DNA of 64,000 nucleotides from Candidatus Latescibacterota bacterium (GTDB lineage Bacteria > Latescibacterota > UBA2968 > UBA8231). The stretch is from contig CBDCNM010000002.1 of assembly GCA_965219385.1 (NCBI GenBank), positions 592,639-656,638 on the forward strand, read 5' to 3'. Made by a program: the position numbers and the translations under genes. The notes under the pieces were generated by a model. It did not search any database. It saw nothing but the letters and a program-made list of their open reading frames with translations, and was not told the origin of the DNA. Positions 30,801 through 40,475 of this stretch are shown here, one piece after another (positions within the stretch are counted from its first letter, which is position 1; each line of letters begins with the position of its first letter).

Positions 30801-31843
30801 GGTTTGGTCCCAAAGGGCTTCCCGGCATGGTCCCGGAAGATGAGCGCAAGCGGGCTCGGCAACGGCTGTTTGAGATGTTGCAAGCCGTTCACCTGCGCGG
30901 CGAAACCCACATCACGGTCCGCGAACTACGGGCTGCACTGGTATATGTCCTGTTCGGCGTTCACTTCTGCCGCGACTATCACAACGGTGCGGACGCTCCG
31001 TTGCCTTATTGGGAGCGCGCCTTTTCGCCGAAGTCGCCAGGGCGGCAGGGAGAAGTGTTGCAAGAGCTAATTCGTTTTGACCCGGCCCTTGAAGCCCATC
31101 CGCAGATTGATCGGCACCTTCTGCGAACCCCCTCTGTTGATACCTCTGAAGGTGCTCCCCACTATCCGAGGTTGACGCTGGAAGAAGCCCGGCGGCGGGC
31201 CTATTTCGAGTGGACCAAAAACAACATAGCCGCGCTCGCCGTAGATCTTCACGCCCTCGACTTGGCCCAAGCTCGGCATTATCGGGAGTTCAGCAATCTC
31301 CCAACCGCCGCAGGAGATCTCGACGATCTTTGCCAAAGGCTGTGCAAGGGGATTGCACACTTGGAAAGTCTGCCCCCCCAAGCAGTTGACCGCCTCGGTG
31401 TCGTCCCGCTACGCATCACGCCGCGAACGCCTACGGAAACCGCGTTCTGGGTCGAGAAGCCACTGACTAACTTTCGGCTTAAAGCTGACCTGCCAGCCGA
31501 AGCTGAGGGACTTGACCGCCTGCATCGCCAAGCCTTCCTGATTTACCGCTATCGGGATGGGCGTGAAGAGCGGCTCCGCCTCGGTGCCGACCTGTTTCAC
31601 CTACTGCTGGAACTTAGCGAAGGCTATCAGTTGGGCGATGTTTCGACCGATGACACCTTTGCTCACTTGTCGATCTTTGTGCAGCGGTTGGTGCGCGAGG
31701 ATGACCGCAGAGTGTTGGCTTGGAATCCAATGCAGGACGCGGCGATCTACGAGGTTGCTGCGAAGATCGTCGAAGGTGCCGGTGCTGGCGTTCAGCAACA
31801 GATGATTATTCAGAAATGGCAGGAGACGGAAAATGGCAGATAG
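27838..31843 (+). pseudogene. NERD nuclease - degenerate kinase - Ser/Thr kinase - P-loop ATPase fusion (MAD6/DndF-like), one +1 frameshift at about 28946-28948
   Basis: NERD EIDIV..VIEVKHW; kinase 1 HRNLTP/APE/SDVYSL; kinase 2 LGSGGVG/VAK/HGDVSPRN; Walker A CGNAGDGKT; AINDGRL. Joined product about 1334 aa. The frameshift could be a sequencing error. Confidence 0.8.
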
Positions 31844-33635
31844 TGCTCGAAAACTCGTCGAAGAAGTGTTGTCCCCCGGCATGACCCGAGAAATATGGTC
31901 CGGTAACTATGACAAGGTGCTGCCAGTCTCGGTGCAGGATTTCGAGTTGTCTTCGATCCTTCCCGCGGTCTTCTATATGTTCCGCTTTGGGCACCGTAGA
32001 GGCAAGGGAAAGTTTATAGAAACCTTTGGGTTGCGAGAGGGTTCGGAAAGCGAAAAAAGACGCTCTGCGACTGTCGATCGAGTCGCAGAAAGACTTTCCA
32101 GTACAGTAGGGTTAGACGGTTTTAACGGAGAACCCGAAAAGGCCATCCTCGGCGACCTACTGCTCTGTTTCTGTCTCGAAAATATCAAGCACAATCTCGG
32201 TCGCGACCATCAGATCCAGCGGGTCGCGCCGGCCCATTACATGGCGAGTTGGATTGATCTGCCAGACAGAGCGGTGAACCTCCGCTACGTTCCCGAAATG
32301 ATAGTAGCTATGCTGGCCAATCAGAAGGGCGAATCTGTCGGACAGAGCGACGATAAGAAAACATGGTTTCCGGTGGGGAAAAAGTACGAGGAGAACGTTT
32401 TGTTGGGTGCTTTCAGCCAAGGAGTTACCCGCCGTGGAGAGGTCTTGAGTGACTTGGCATCGGATCGATTCGAGGAGGAAGACAACTCGGTCGGACTGGA
32501 TCAACTATTAATGATCCGGCTTGCGCAGCAACTCAAGACGGCACCGGACAAGATGCGTGGTAAAGAGGGCGGCCCAATCTCCAATCAACGCCCTATTGCT
32601 GAGCAAGCGGCGCGGAACTTTTCCGAGGACATCCGCCGCTTTGTGCGTTCTTATGCAGTCCCGATGCCGCGACACGCTTTAGTAGAGATGCTGGAATCCT
32701 GCATTGCCATAGGTCTGACGACTATTCTTACCAGTACGGTCGAGCTGTTGTTGCAGTGGGCGGAGACAGGCACTGTCCCGGACTGCGAGGAACAGCTACC
32801 CGCACCTTTGTTCGTGGATTGCTCTAATGGGATCGAGCGAAGTATCCGGGCTGCGGCCGAGCAGTCGATGGATGACTACATGCGGCGTATGGAGCATTTC
32901 CCTGTCCTTCTGATGGTATTGCGGCTATTGGACTATCGGGCGCGGTACAACCAGAAAATCAAAAAAGAGGGTATTGCTATCCGACCTTATGCCGCCGCTT
33001 GGCTGAATCTGTTGGGGGATTTGCTGCACAACCGCCACTCGGAAGCGCAATTAATCCTGTACAGCATTGGAGATACGGCCGCAAGACTGGCCGAGAAACT
33101 GGAGGATGATTACCCCGAAACTACGGAGATTTTGGATGATGTTGATAACCAGCCGAATCCGGTCTGGCGGCTTGCCGATGGTTTGATGGTGCTAATGGGG
33201 CCGAAATCTCGTAACAAATTCATCGGGATGATCGACTCAAGTTTACTCACCGGGCGTCCAAACGGTCTGGCAGCTAAGAGAACGACGACGCGGGGTCTCG
33301 GTGGAAGCACAACGCGCCGGAAACGCGACCTTCGTTCCCTCGTATTCACCGATTCGGTGCTGGACTATCTGGTCCATCTTCACTTATTGAAAAGCGGCAA
33401 CAAACCGGGCGTCCGCGCCCTTTCGTTCGGGGGGTTTCTCGAAGAATTGCGCGAACGCTATGGATTTCACGTAGATGCCGCCCCGCCGGGGATGACGATC
33501 TCCAACGAATTGCTGCAAAGGAACCGTGCGATTCTGGAGCGGCGTCTGCGCGATCTGGGGCTTTTGGTGGGTGTCAATGATGCAGAAGCGATGAAGTGGC
33601 TGTCGCCTCGCTTCAAGCCGACGATGGAAAACTGA
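31833..33635 (+). CDS. Hypothetical 600-aa protein (MAD7/DndG-like position)
   Basis: Overlaps the upstream stop; C-terminal LERRLRDLGLLVGVND; assignment rests mainly on context. Confidence 0.7.
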   Translation: MADSARKLVEEVLSPGMTREIWSGNYDKVLPVSVQDFELSSILPAVFYMFRFGHRRGKGKFIETFGLREGSESEKRRSATVDRVAERLSSTVGLDGFNGEPEKAILGDLLLCFCLENIKHNLGRDHQIQRVAPAHYMASWIDLPDRAVNLRYVPEMIVAMLANQKGESVGQSDDKKTWFPVGKKYEENVLLGAFSQGVTRRGEVLSDLASDRFEEEDNSVGLDQLLMIRLAQQLKTAPDKMRGKEGGPISNQRPIAEQAARNFSEDIRRFVRSYAVPMPRHALVEMLESCIAIGLTTILTSTVELLLQWAETGTVPDCEEQLPAPLFVDCSNGIERSIRAAAEQSMDDYMRRMEHFPVLLMVLRLLDYRARYNQKIKKEGIAIRPYAAAWLNLLGDLLHNRHSEAQLILYSIGDTAARLAEKLEDDYPETTEILDDVDNQPNPVWRLADGLMVLMGPKSRNKFIGMIDSSLLTGRPNGLAAKRTTTRGLGGSTTRRKRDLRSLVFTDSVLDYLVHLHLLKSGNKPGVRALSFGGFLEELRERYGFHVDAAPPGMTISNELLQRNRAILERRLRDLGLLVGVNDAEAMKWLSPRFKPTMEN

Positions 33636-33636
33636 T

Positions 33637-36600
33637 ATGGGGTGGACCAAACTACATGGCCAAGCACTAGGGCGGGCGTTTGAGAGGGTGCTGGGCCGCG
33701 CCGAAACCGGAGCCATGGCCTTCGTCCGTTGCCTGACGCCGGATGTGGTGGCAAAGCTCGCTGCGGACGACAACTTCTGCGTACAAAATTGGCAGGTGCG
33801 GCGGGTGGCGGATTCGGACAATGCAGACCGGCGGACCCTTACCGCAGACCGCGCGGTCGAGATGCGCGAGGCCAAAGGCAATGCCACCTTGCTGCTGGTG
33901 GATACGCATCTTGCCGGGGCTGGCATGGACGGCATCTATAGCGCCTCGCGGGAAGTGGACGAAGCAAGCCTGTTCAAGGAGGCTCGAAGACTAGCTGGTG
34001 CTGAGGTGACGCGACGGTTATCGAGTGCTCATCGCCAATATGCCGAGCGGGCCATTAGAAAAGCCGAAGGATTCGGTAGTCAGTACAGCGTTTCGCCTTG
34101 GACCGCGTTCGATTTTCTCTGCCGCATTGCGGCGCACAAACGGCATCCAGGCGCGTATCTGCACCTGCTCGGACTATGGCTAGTCGCTGAATCTGCGGAC
34201 TTAGACGAGGGAGCACTGGACGACTCGCGCCGGTTTGTAGAGCACCTGTTGGGAACGGCGGCCTCTGGGCTGACCATCCCGGCGCGCATTGAGTCGCTGC
34301 GGCTGGCGGAGCCGACGGCCGAACAACGCGGCGCTCTCGCAGTTTTCCTGCACACCGCAGAAACCCAACCGCTTTTGTCTGCTCTGGAAAAACTGGCCGA
34401 CAAGAAACAACTGTGGGTGGGCGAATTGCAGATAGAGAGTGCCCATGATATCCAAGCCATCGAACTTGTGTCTTGGCGCAATAGGAACGGCTCGATTGCC
34501 AAGTGGTCGGGATTAGACCCCGAGGTGAAATCATTGGCTGAAGAATCCGACCAGCAACTACCAGTTCTGATCCTGAAGCCCGAAGCCACGTCGGCGGCTG
34601 ACTATTCAAACCTAGAGATCCGCTGGAAGGCCCGACCCGGCAATTTGGAAAAGAACGCGGTGGATTATCGAGTTGCCGTAGTGGCCGGTGCGGATGAAGA
34701 GCTGGCCGTGCGCGACGTGAGTCACTCGGCAAAAAAGGCGGAGAAGTGTCGGTTCAGTAATGACGACTTCTCGATGCTGAACGAGGACTCTCGGATCTCC
34801 GCCAAAATGGTGATTTCCGTGGTGGGCAACGACGCGATTGACCCTCAAGAGAGCGAGGAATTCAACATCCGCTTTGGCGAGCCACCCGAAAAAACCGCCG
34901 GAGGGGCTGGCCGCAAGGTCCGTGCGTTCAGCGAGGGATTGGTCGAACTCGATGATTGGGAGAGCATGTCCACCATCGCCGATAGTACGGCGAATTTCGA
35001 CTTTGATGCGAAGGGCAATTTGGCGCTATTGCGCACATCCGTAGGTACAAAACGGTTGAGTTTTCGCGTACCCTGCCCGCCACTGATCCGCGACGTGGAA
35101 AAGCAATGGAGGGAGCGCGGCGGAGCGATTGGGCATTGGCGCGTCAATGTGCGTGCGTCCGGTGCTCGAGCGGGGGATGTGGAGTTCATTCGCTATCAGG
35201 GTAGGGGGCCGACATGGAAGAAAGCCTCCGTGGCGAGCCGAAGATTGGCGGCCCGCGTCTACAAGGACGGCGGAGTAGTGGGCCATGTTTATGACGATAA
35301 GGCGAAAGCGTTTGATTCGGTCAAAGAGTACATCCGCGCTTGGACTGCATTGTTGGAGAGTGGCGATCCATCCTTGGCGCTGTGCAACACCGTGGAGGTA
35401 CGGTCCCTTGCTGGGCGGATGATTGGCCTCATCGTCCTGCCGATGCACCCGTTGCGCGTCGCGTGGCATGCAGCGTATGACAATCTCGTTTTCCACGCGG
35501 CCTTTGAGCAGGGTCAAAAGGCAAAAGACGTAGGAGACGAGCTTCAGTGCTTGGACGGTGCCATGTTCCCGGCTTTTCTCCCGAATCTGGACGGCGGATC
35601 GTTTGTCTTTGCGGACACCCTCGGCTTTCATGCGGTCGGCATGGTTCCCGATACAGACAAAGAACCCAAAGCTGCGGTGGCGATGCTCGCCCGTGCGCTG
35701 GGGGAAGATGAGTCAATGGACGCTGCTCCGACGGTAGGGGGACAGAGCGCAGAGGTGGTCGGTGACGAGATTGTCAAGTACTTGGATTGCCACAACACGT
35801 CTGAACTACTCCATGTCCACGCCCTTCGGGCGGGAGATGGTCTGACTATCGCCCGGTCGTTGGGCCGTGTCCACGACCGCCTGCGCCAAGCTGACGACGC
35901 GGATGATTCGGAGGATGAATCGCAGGATGCGCCCGTCTTCTCGTTGGAAATGTATCCTTCTGAGGAGCAGCGCGGAATTGCCGGGCGGTTCATCGCCGAG
36001 GCGCGGGAACGGCGGCGCAGTGGTGCTGGCGTGGTGTCAACCGACGATCAGTGGATGCTCGAATCCCGGCCTCTGCCCGGCGGCGTGAACATGCCGAAGT
36101 TGCGCTGGGCACGCAAAGATGTACCCGATCCGAAGACCGCAGCCCACATTGCCGTTGCGTTTGACACATTCGAGTCGGAGGTAAAGCTGGACAAGCGGGA
36201 GAGGCCGAGCGACGGGACGTTCCATGCGTTTGGCCTGCTCTCGTTCTACGAGCGCGACTTCGCCGCCAAGCCCTCGCCGCTATGGCGCAGTACGGTCCCG
36301 CTGGCGAAAGATGGCGAGAGGCACCCGGCGGACCGCGCACATACTAAACGCTTGGATGATTTACAGCGTGTCATACAGGAGACTGTGGCGCGACATGTCG
36401 GTGCCGCGAATGGAGAACTGCCGGTACTGTACACAGAGGTATCACGGGAAAAGGAAGACGGCCTCGCGGAACTCCACCGGCTTTGTGATTGGGTCATTAC
36501 GCTGGACCGAAACGCCGGCATCGAGTACTTCGATTCCCCACGGGACAATCAGACAATCTACGATGCTTACGTGATTGACTGCGTTCCAGAACGGGAGGAC

Positions 36601-38601
36601 TTGGGCTGCTTACAGCTAATCACCTCTACCAGCAATTTGGAGGAGGTACGCGTCCTGTTTGATGATGCCTTGGATCAGATGGGGCTTAGCCACAGCCGCC
36701 GCAACGCGGAATTCCTTTTGGAGCATCTGAAGGCCCTCAGCGGCCGGCTCGCCATTCGCCTCACCGGAGACAAACCGCCGACTTCGGAGTTGATCGCGCT
36801 CGCTGTTGCACAGGCAAATTGCCAGCAGGCACAGGAGACGGATCCATGCTGGGTATCGCTGGAACGCGGTTTCATCGTTCCCGTCGATGATGTTCGGGAT
36901 CTCTTGCCGCCGTTGACGGATAAGGACGGTGATGAGAGGGAGGTGCGGCCGGACCTGATATACGTGACTACGGCACCGAGAAAGGGACTGATGTTCCATT
37001 TCGTCGAGGTCAAGTACCGTCGAGATCTACGCGCTGCAAGGTCCCCGCACATCCTGCGCCGCATTCGGGAACAGACCGCTGCGATGCGCAAGCGTTGGGA
37101 CGATTGGTACTCGCATGAAGAGTGCTCTGCGTTCAGAGCAGTTCGTCGTGCCAAGCTGGCACGGGTTCTGCGCTTCTATGCAGATAAGGCACGTAGACAC
37201 GATTTACCGGCGGCGCGGCATACCGAACTCGTGGCCGAGATTGATCGCATGATCGAAAAGGGCGGCGACTACCGGCTGGATACGGACAGAAGCGGCGACC
37301 GCGGCTGGGTGTTTTGCCCCGAGTATGCCGGGGTGAGTCCGTTGGAGATTTCTCCGGACAATTGGAGTACGAAGGTATTCCTATGCGGTCCTGACCTGCT
37401 GCCGGACTTGGACTTTCGCGGTGAAATGACCACCAGCTTCCCTGAATCGGAGGCTCGACCGTCGTCAGAGCAGGACGCCGCAAGGGGCACCGGCAATATA
37501 TCCGTTGACCATCTGGAAGCCATTGGTGGAGAAACGGAAGATGCCATTGATGCTATACCCTCGATCTGTTTCGGCACCGATCCCTTTACTAACACAGAAG
37601 TTCGATGGCCGCTGACCGTACAGGGCAACCCGCACCTTCTGATAGCGGGGCTGCCCGGTATGGGCAAGACTACCTGCCTTCTGAACCTGTGCAATCAGAT
37701 GATGGCAGCCGGTATTCGCCCGCTCATCTTTTCCTATCATCAGGACATTGACGAGCGACTTGGGCAGTCGGCTGATTCGGTTCGGTTCATCGATTTTGAT
37801 GGTTTGGGCTTCAATCCGCTGGAGGTGGTCAATCGAGGATCTTGGATGGCGCATCTCGACGTGGCGGGCGCGATGCGGGATATTTTCGCAGCGATCTACC
37901 CAGAACTCGGCGACATTCAGGCCGAGCGCATTCGTGGAGCCATCAAGGAAAGCTTCGTTGAGGTGGGGTGGGGAAACGCCAACGAGGCTGCCTCGGATTT
38001 GCAGGAACCGACGTTCAGGCGCTTTGTCGAGATTCTGCGCGGCGATCCGAAACCGGACCGCGGGTTGCGTACGCTGCTCGCACGTTTGGAAGAACTTGAA
38101 GACTACGGTTTCTTCAATCTCCGTGAGTCCCACAGTAGCCTATGGGAGAGCGAGCAGCCGACCGTCATTCGGATTCACACGACTCAGAATGATAATCTTC
38201 AGCGGGCTTTTGCGTCGTTGGTGTTTTACGGTCTCTACAAAGACATGTTCCGCAGAGGTATCCAAGATCGAATCACGCACGCCTTGATTTTCGACGAGGC
38301 GCACCGGGCCGCAGGGTTAAAGCTCATTCCCACCATGGCGAAAGAGTGCCGGAAGTACGGTATTTCGCTAGTGCTTGCCTCGCAGGAGGCGAAGGACTTC
38401 GACGTCTCGGTATTTTCGGCTATCGCCAACTATCTCGTTTTGCGATTGACCGAAGCGGATGCTAAGTCGCTTGTACGGAATGTGTCGAGTTCGCAGCAGG
38501 AACGAGTATTGATCGACAAAATCAAACAAATGGACCGATTCAAAGCCCTGTATTTCTGCGAGGGTAAAAGTAAGCCCTACCCCGTAGAGCTTTCTTCTTG
38601 A
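33637..38601 (+). CDS. 1654-aa protein with a PD-(D/E)xK motif and C-terminal HerA/DUF87-like ATPase (MAD8/DndH-like)
   Basis: RPDLIYV...FVEVKYR; Walker A GLPGMGKT; Walker B LIFDEAH; ECRKYGISLVLASQ. Confidence 0.8.
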   Translation: MGWTKLHGQALGRAFERVLGRAETGAMAFVRCLTPDVVAKLAADDNFCVQNWQVRRVADSDNADRRTLTADRAVEMREAKGNATLLLVDTHLAGAGMDGIYSASREVDEASLFKEARRLAGAEVTRRLSSAHRQYAERAIRKAEGFGSQYSVSPWTAFDFLCRIAAHKRHPGAYLHLLGLWLVAESADLDEGALDDSRRFVEHLLGTAASGLTIPARIESLRLAEPTAEQRGALAVFLHTAETQPLLSALEKLADKKQLWVGELQIESAHDIQAIELVSWRNRNGSIAKWSGLDPEVKSLAEESDQQLPVLILKPEATSAADYSNLEIRWKARPGNLEKNAVDYRVAVVAGADEELAVRDVSHSAKKAEKCRFSNDDFSMLNEDSRISAKMVISVVGNDAIDPQESEEFNIRFGEPPEKTAGGAGRKVRAFSEGLVELDDWESMSTIADSTANFDFDAKGNLALLRTSVGTKRLSFRVPCPPLIRDVEKQWRERGGAIGHWRVNVRASGARAGDVEFIRYQGRGPTWKKASVASRRLAARVYKDGGVVGHVYDDKAKAFDSVKEYIRAWTALLESGDPSLALCNTVEVRSLAGRMIGLIVLPMHPLRVAWHAAYDNLVFHAAFEQGQKAKDVGDELQCLDGAMFPAFLPNLDGGSFVFADTLGFHAVGMVPDTDKEPKAAVAMLARALGEDESMDAAPTVGGQSAEVVGDEIVKYLDCHNTSELLHVHALRAGDGLTIARSLGRVHDRLRQADDADDSEDESQDAPVFSLEMYPSEEQRGIAGRFIAEARERRRSGAGVVSTDDQWMLESRPLPGGVNMPKLRWARKDVPDPKTAAHIAVAFDTFESEVKLDKRERPSDGTFHAFGLLSFYERDFAAKPSPLWRSTVPLAKDGERHPADRAHTKRLDDLQRVIQETVARHVGAANGELPVLYTEVSREKEDGLAELHRLCDWVITLDRNAGIEYFDSPRDNQTIYDAYVIDCVPEREDLGCLQLITSTSNLEEVRVLFDDALDQMGLSHSRRNAEFLLEHLKALSGRLAIRLTGDKPPTSELIALAVAQANCQQAQETDPCWVSLERGFIVPVDDVRDLLPPLTDKDGDEREVRPDLIYVTTAPRKGLMFHFVEVKYRRDLRAARSPHILRRIREQTAAMRKRWDDWYSHEECSAFRAVRRAKLARVLRFYADKARRHDLPAARHTELVAEIDRMIEKGGDYRLDTDRSGDRGWVFCPEYAGVSPLEISPDNWSTKVFLCGPDLLPDLDFRGEMTTSFPESEARPSSEQDAARGTGNISVDHLEAIGGETEDAIDAIPSICFGTDPFTNTEVRWPLTVQGNPHLLIAGLPGMGKTTCLLNLCNQMMAAGIRPLIFSYHQDIDERLGQSADSVRFIDFDGLGFNPLEVVNRGSWMAHLDVAGAMRDIFAAIYPELGDIQAERIRGAIKESFVEVGWGNANEAASDLQEPTFRRFVEILRGDPKPDRGLRTLLARLEELEDYGFFNLRESHSSLWESEQPTVIRIHTTQNDNLQRAFASLVFYGLYKDMFRRGIQDRITHALIFDEAHRAAGLKLIPTMAKECRKYGISLVLASQEAKDFDVSVFSAIANYLVLRLTEADAKSLVRNVSSSQQERVLIDKIKQMDRFKALYFCEGKSKPYPVELSS

Positions 38602-38604
38602 AGT

Positions 38605-38714
38605 TGTGCAGTCTGGCGGGGGGGCGGTTGAGTTGTGTGGAACTCGGCGTTTACTGAGCGGCATAGAGGGCAAATAGCCTGGCGCGGTCCATATACACTT
38701 TGACCTTGAGCCCC
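38605..38714. repeat. 110-bp direct repeat, right copy
   Basis: Identical to 26936-27045. Confidence 0.97.
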
Positions 38715-40111
38715 CCGCGTGCCTGTGAGACCATCTTCTCCTCGAGCCCACCCGCTCCGGTCCCGTCTGTGGCTTGCGAATCGCTTTTCCATTTTACCCG
38801 GTATTCCGTTTCATCCGCCGAGAAGGGTATGCAGTCGTCTTTGCCAAAACCCGGCACGACCCGGTCAAACGGATCGACTATCTCCACTTGCAGTGACCCG
38901 CCGGTCGCGTCGGCATTGATCCACAATGCACTGGGATCGATACTCAGCGGGACCGTGGTCACGACCCCCTGCGCGTCCGACTTCAGACAGACCAGCCGGT
39001 CCTTTTCGATCTTTGCCAGATTGATTCCCCTCCGGAGTTCCTCGCCGTAGCGCGGCGCCTCGCCGTGCAGACCGTTCGAGCAGCCGTGATAGACCCATAT
39101 CTCCTCGCCCAGGACAAAAGGGGCATGTGGGGGATAGACGTTTCCACTGTCGTGGCTGCCGCGGGGGCCACAAGTCAGAATGGATTCGCGGTTGCCCGCC
39201 CGATGCCAGGTGCGGCCGTCCTTCGAGTAGGTCAACTGAACATCCATCTGGTTCATCCATTCGGGCATCCAATCTTCGATCTGGTTCTGGGCGATCCACC
39301 CCTCGTAGAGGGTGTGAAACACGGACAGGAAGCCGATGCGAAAGTCGCGATACGCCAGCGAACTCATGCCGTAAAACTCGTGGTCCTGGGGGGGATCGAG
39401 TTCATCGGGTGCGACGATGATCCGGCGCGGGGTCCAGTTTTCAAAATCATCGCTCTCGGCCATGCAAATGATGCGCACGTTGGGCCGGCCCCGCAGATAG
39501 ACGACGTAGCGGTGGATTTTTGCATCCCAATAAGCGACCAGGTGGGTATCCGAGCCCTGTGGAATGACCGGGTTGAGCCAGTGTCGGGGCACGTCCCAAT
39601 GGATCCCGTCGGCAGAATACGCCACGCAGACCGGCTGGACAATGCCGGCGAATATCATGTCTCCGCTCTGGAACATAAAGAGCATCTTGTAGCGCTTGGC
39701 CGGGTCTGTTTCAATGGGGTCTTTCATGACTCCGGTCCCGGCTCCCCACCTGAAAAATGGAAAGATCAGGTTATTCTCTTTGCTGCCGCCGTCCTCGAAG
39801 AGGTTGAGGACGGGTTTTTCCCAGTGGATCCCGTCCTGGGAGACGGCGTAGGCCAGTCCGTCCGCCTGGTCGCCGCGCGCTTCGCTCAATTTTCGGCCCA
39901 CGCCGTACCACATCTTGAAGATGTTTTCGTCGTCGTCGTACACGACATTGATGTAGCTGCCGATCAGCCACTCATCTTCCCAGGCTCGATCCTTCTCGAT
40001 CAGCGGTTGTGGCGAAACCTTCTTTGCGGGTACGACCCCTTTCACGATACTGTCGAGATTTTCGATAAAGGTATCGTCAATGAACAAAAAGGCCGATTTC
40101 TCGTCCGTCAT
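38651..40111 (-). CDS. Hypothetical five-bladed beta-propeller glycosidase-like protein
   Basis: Repeated S.DG.HW motifs (SQDGIHW, SADGIHW, SDDFENW, SKDGRTW). Confidence 0.7.
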   Translation of the reverse strand: MTDEKSAFLFIDDTFIENLDSIVKGVVPAKKVSPQPLIEKDRAWEDEWLIGSYINVVYDDDENIFKMWYGVGRKLSEARGDQADGLAYAVSQDGIHWEKPVLNLFEDGGSKENNLIFPFFRWGAGTGVMKDPIETDPAKRYKMLFMFQSGDMIFAGIVQPVCVAYSADGIHWDVPRHWLNPVIPQGSDTHLVAYWDAKIHRYVVYLRGRPNVRIICMAESDDFENWTPRRIIVAPDELDPPQDHEFYGMSSLAYRDFRIGFLSVFHTLYEGWIAQNQIEDWMPEWMNQMDVQLTYSKDGRTWHRAGNRESILTCGPRGSHDSGNVYPPHAPFVLGEEIWVYHGCSNGLHGEAPRYGEELRRGINLAKIEKDRLVCLKSDAQGVVTTVPLSIDPSALWINADATGGSLQVEIVDPFDRVVPGFGKDDCIPFSADETEYRVKWKSDSQATDGTGAGGLEEKMVSQARGGLKVKVYMDRARLFALYAAQ

Positions 40112-40475
40112 GTTATTTCTCCTCGTGAAGCGCCTGCAAGATTTCCAGCACTTTCAGCCTGGTCTTTTCCGCAATGGCGGAAGGGTTGTTTTGCAGGTGC
40201 TCTGCATAGTGGGTGCCAAAGCGCTCGGTCACTTCGTCAGGTCGATGGGTCGCTCACAAAGAGGATCCGATGGTCGCCTCGGGGCGCTGGTCTCTGGTAG
40301 ACTATTCCCGTCATGTTCCGTCTCCTGGCCTGCAGGCCCGTGTATTATACCAGCTACCACGATCTCGATCGCCGCGAGACCGGCGTTGGTTCTGGAGCAC
40401 ATGTGCCCCTTGCCCGCCCAGAAAAAATATGGCATGATTGTTCCTAAGCTAATCCTTACAAAGAAAGGGGCCAAT

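Larger units (their letters stand above)
27046..38604. mobile_element. Direct-repeat-bounded accessory (putative defence) island
   Basis: Bounded by the 110-bp repeat; GC content and codon style visibly differ from the flanks; no integrase. Confidence 0.85.
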
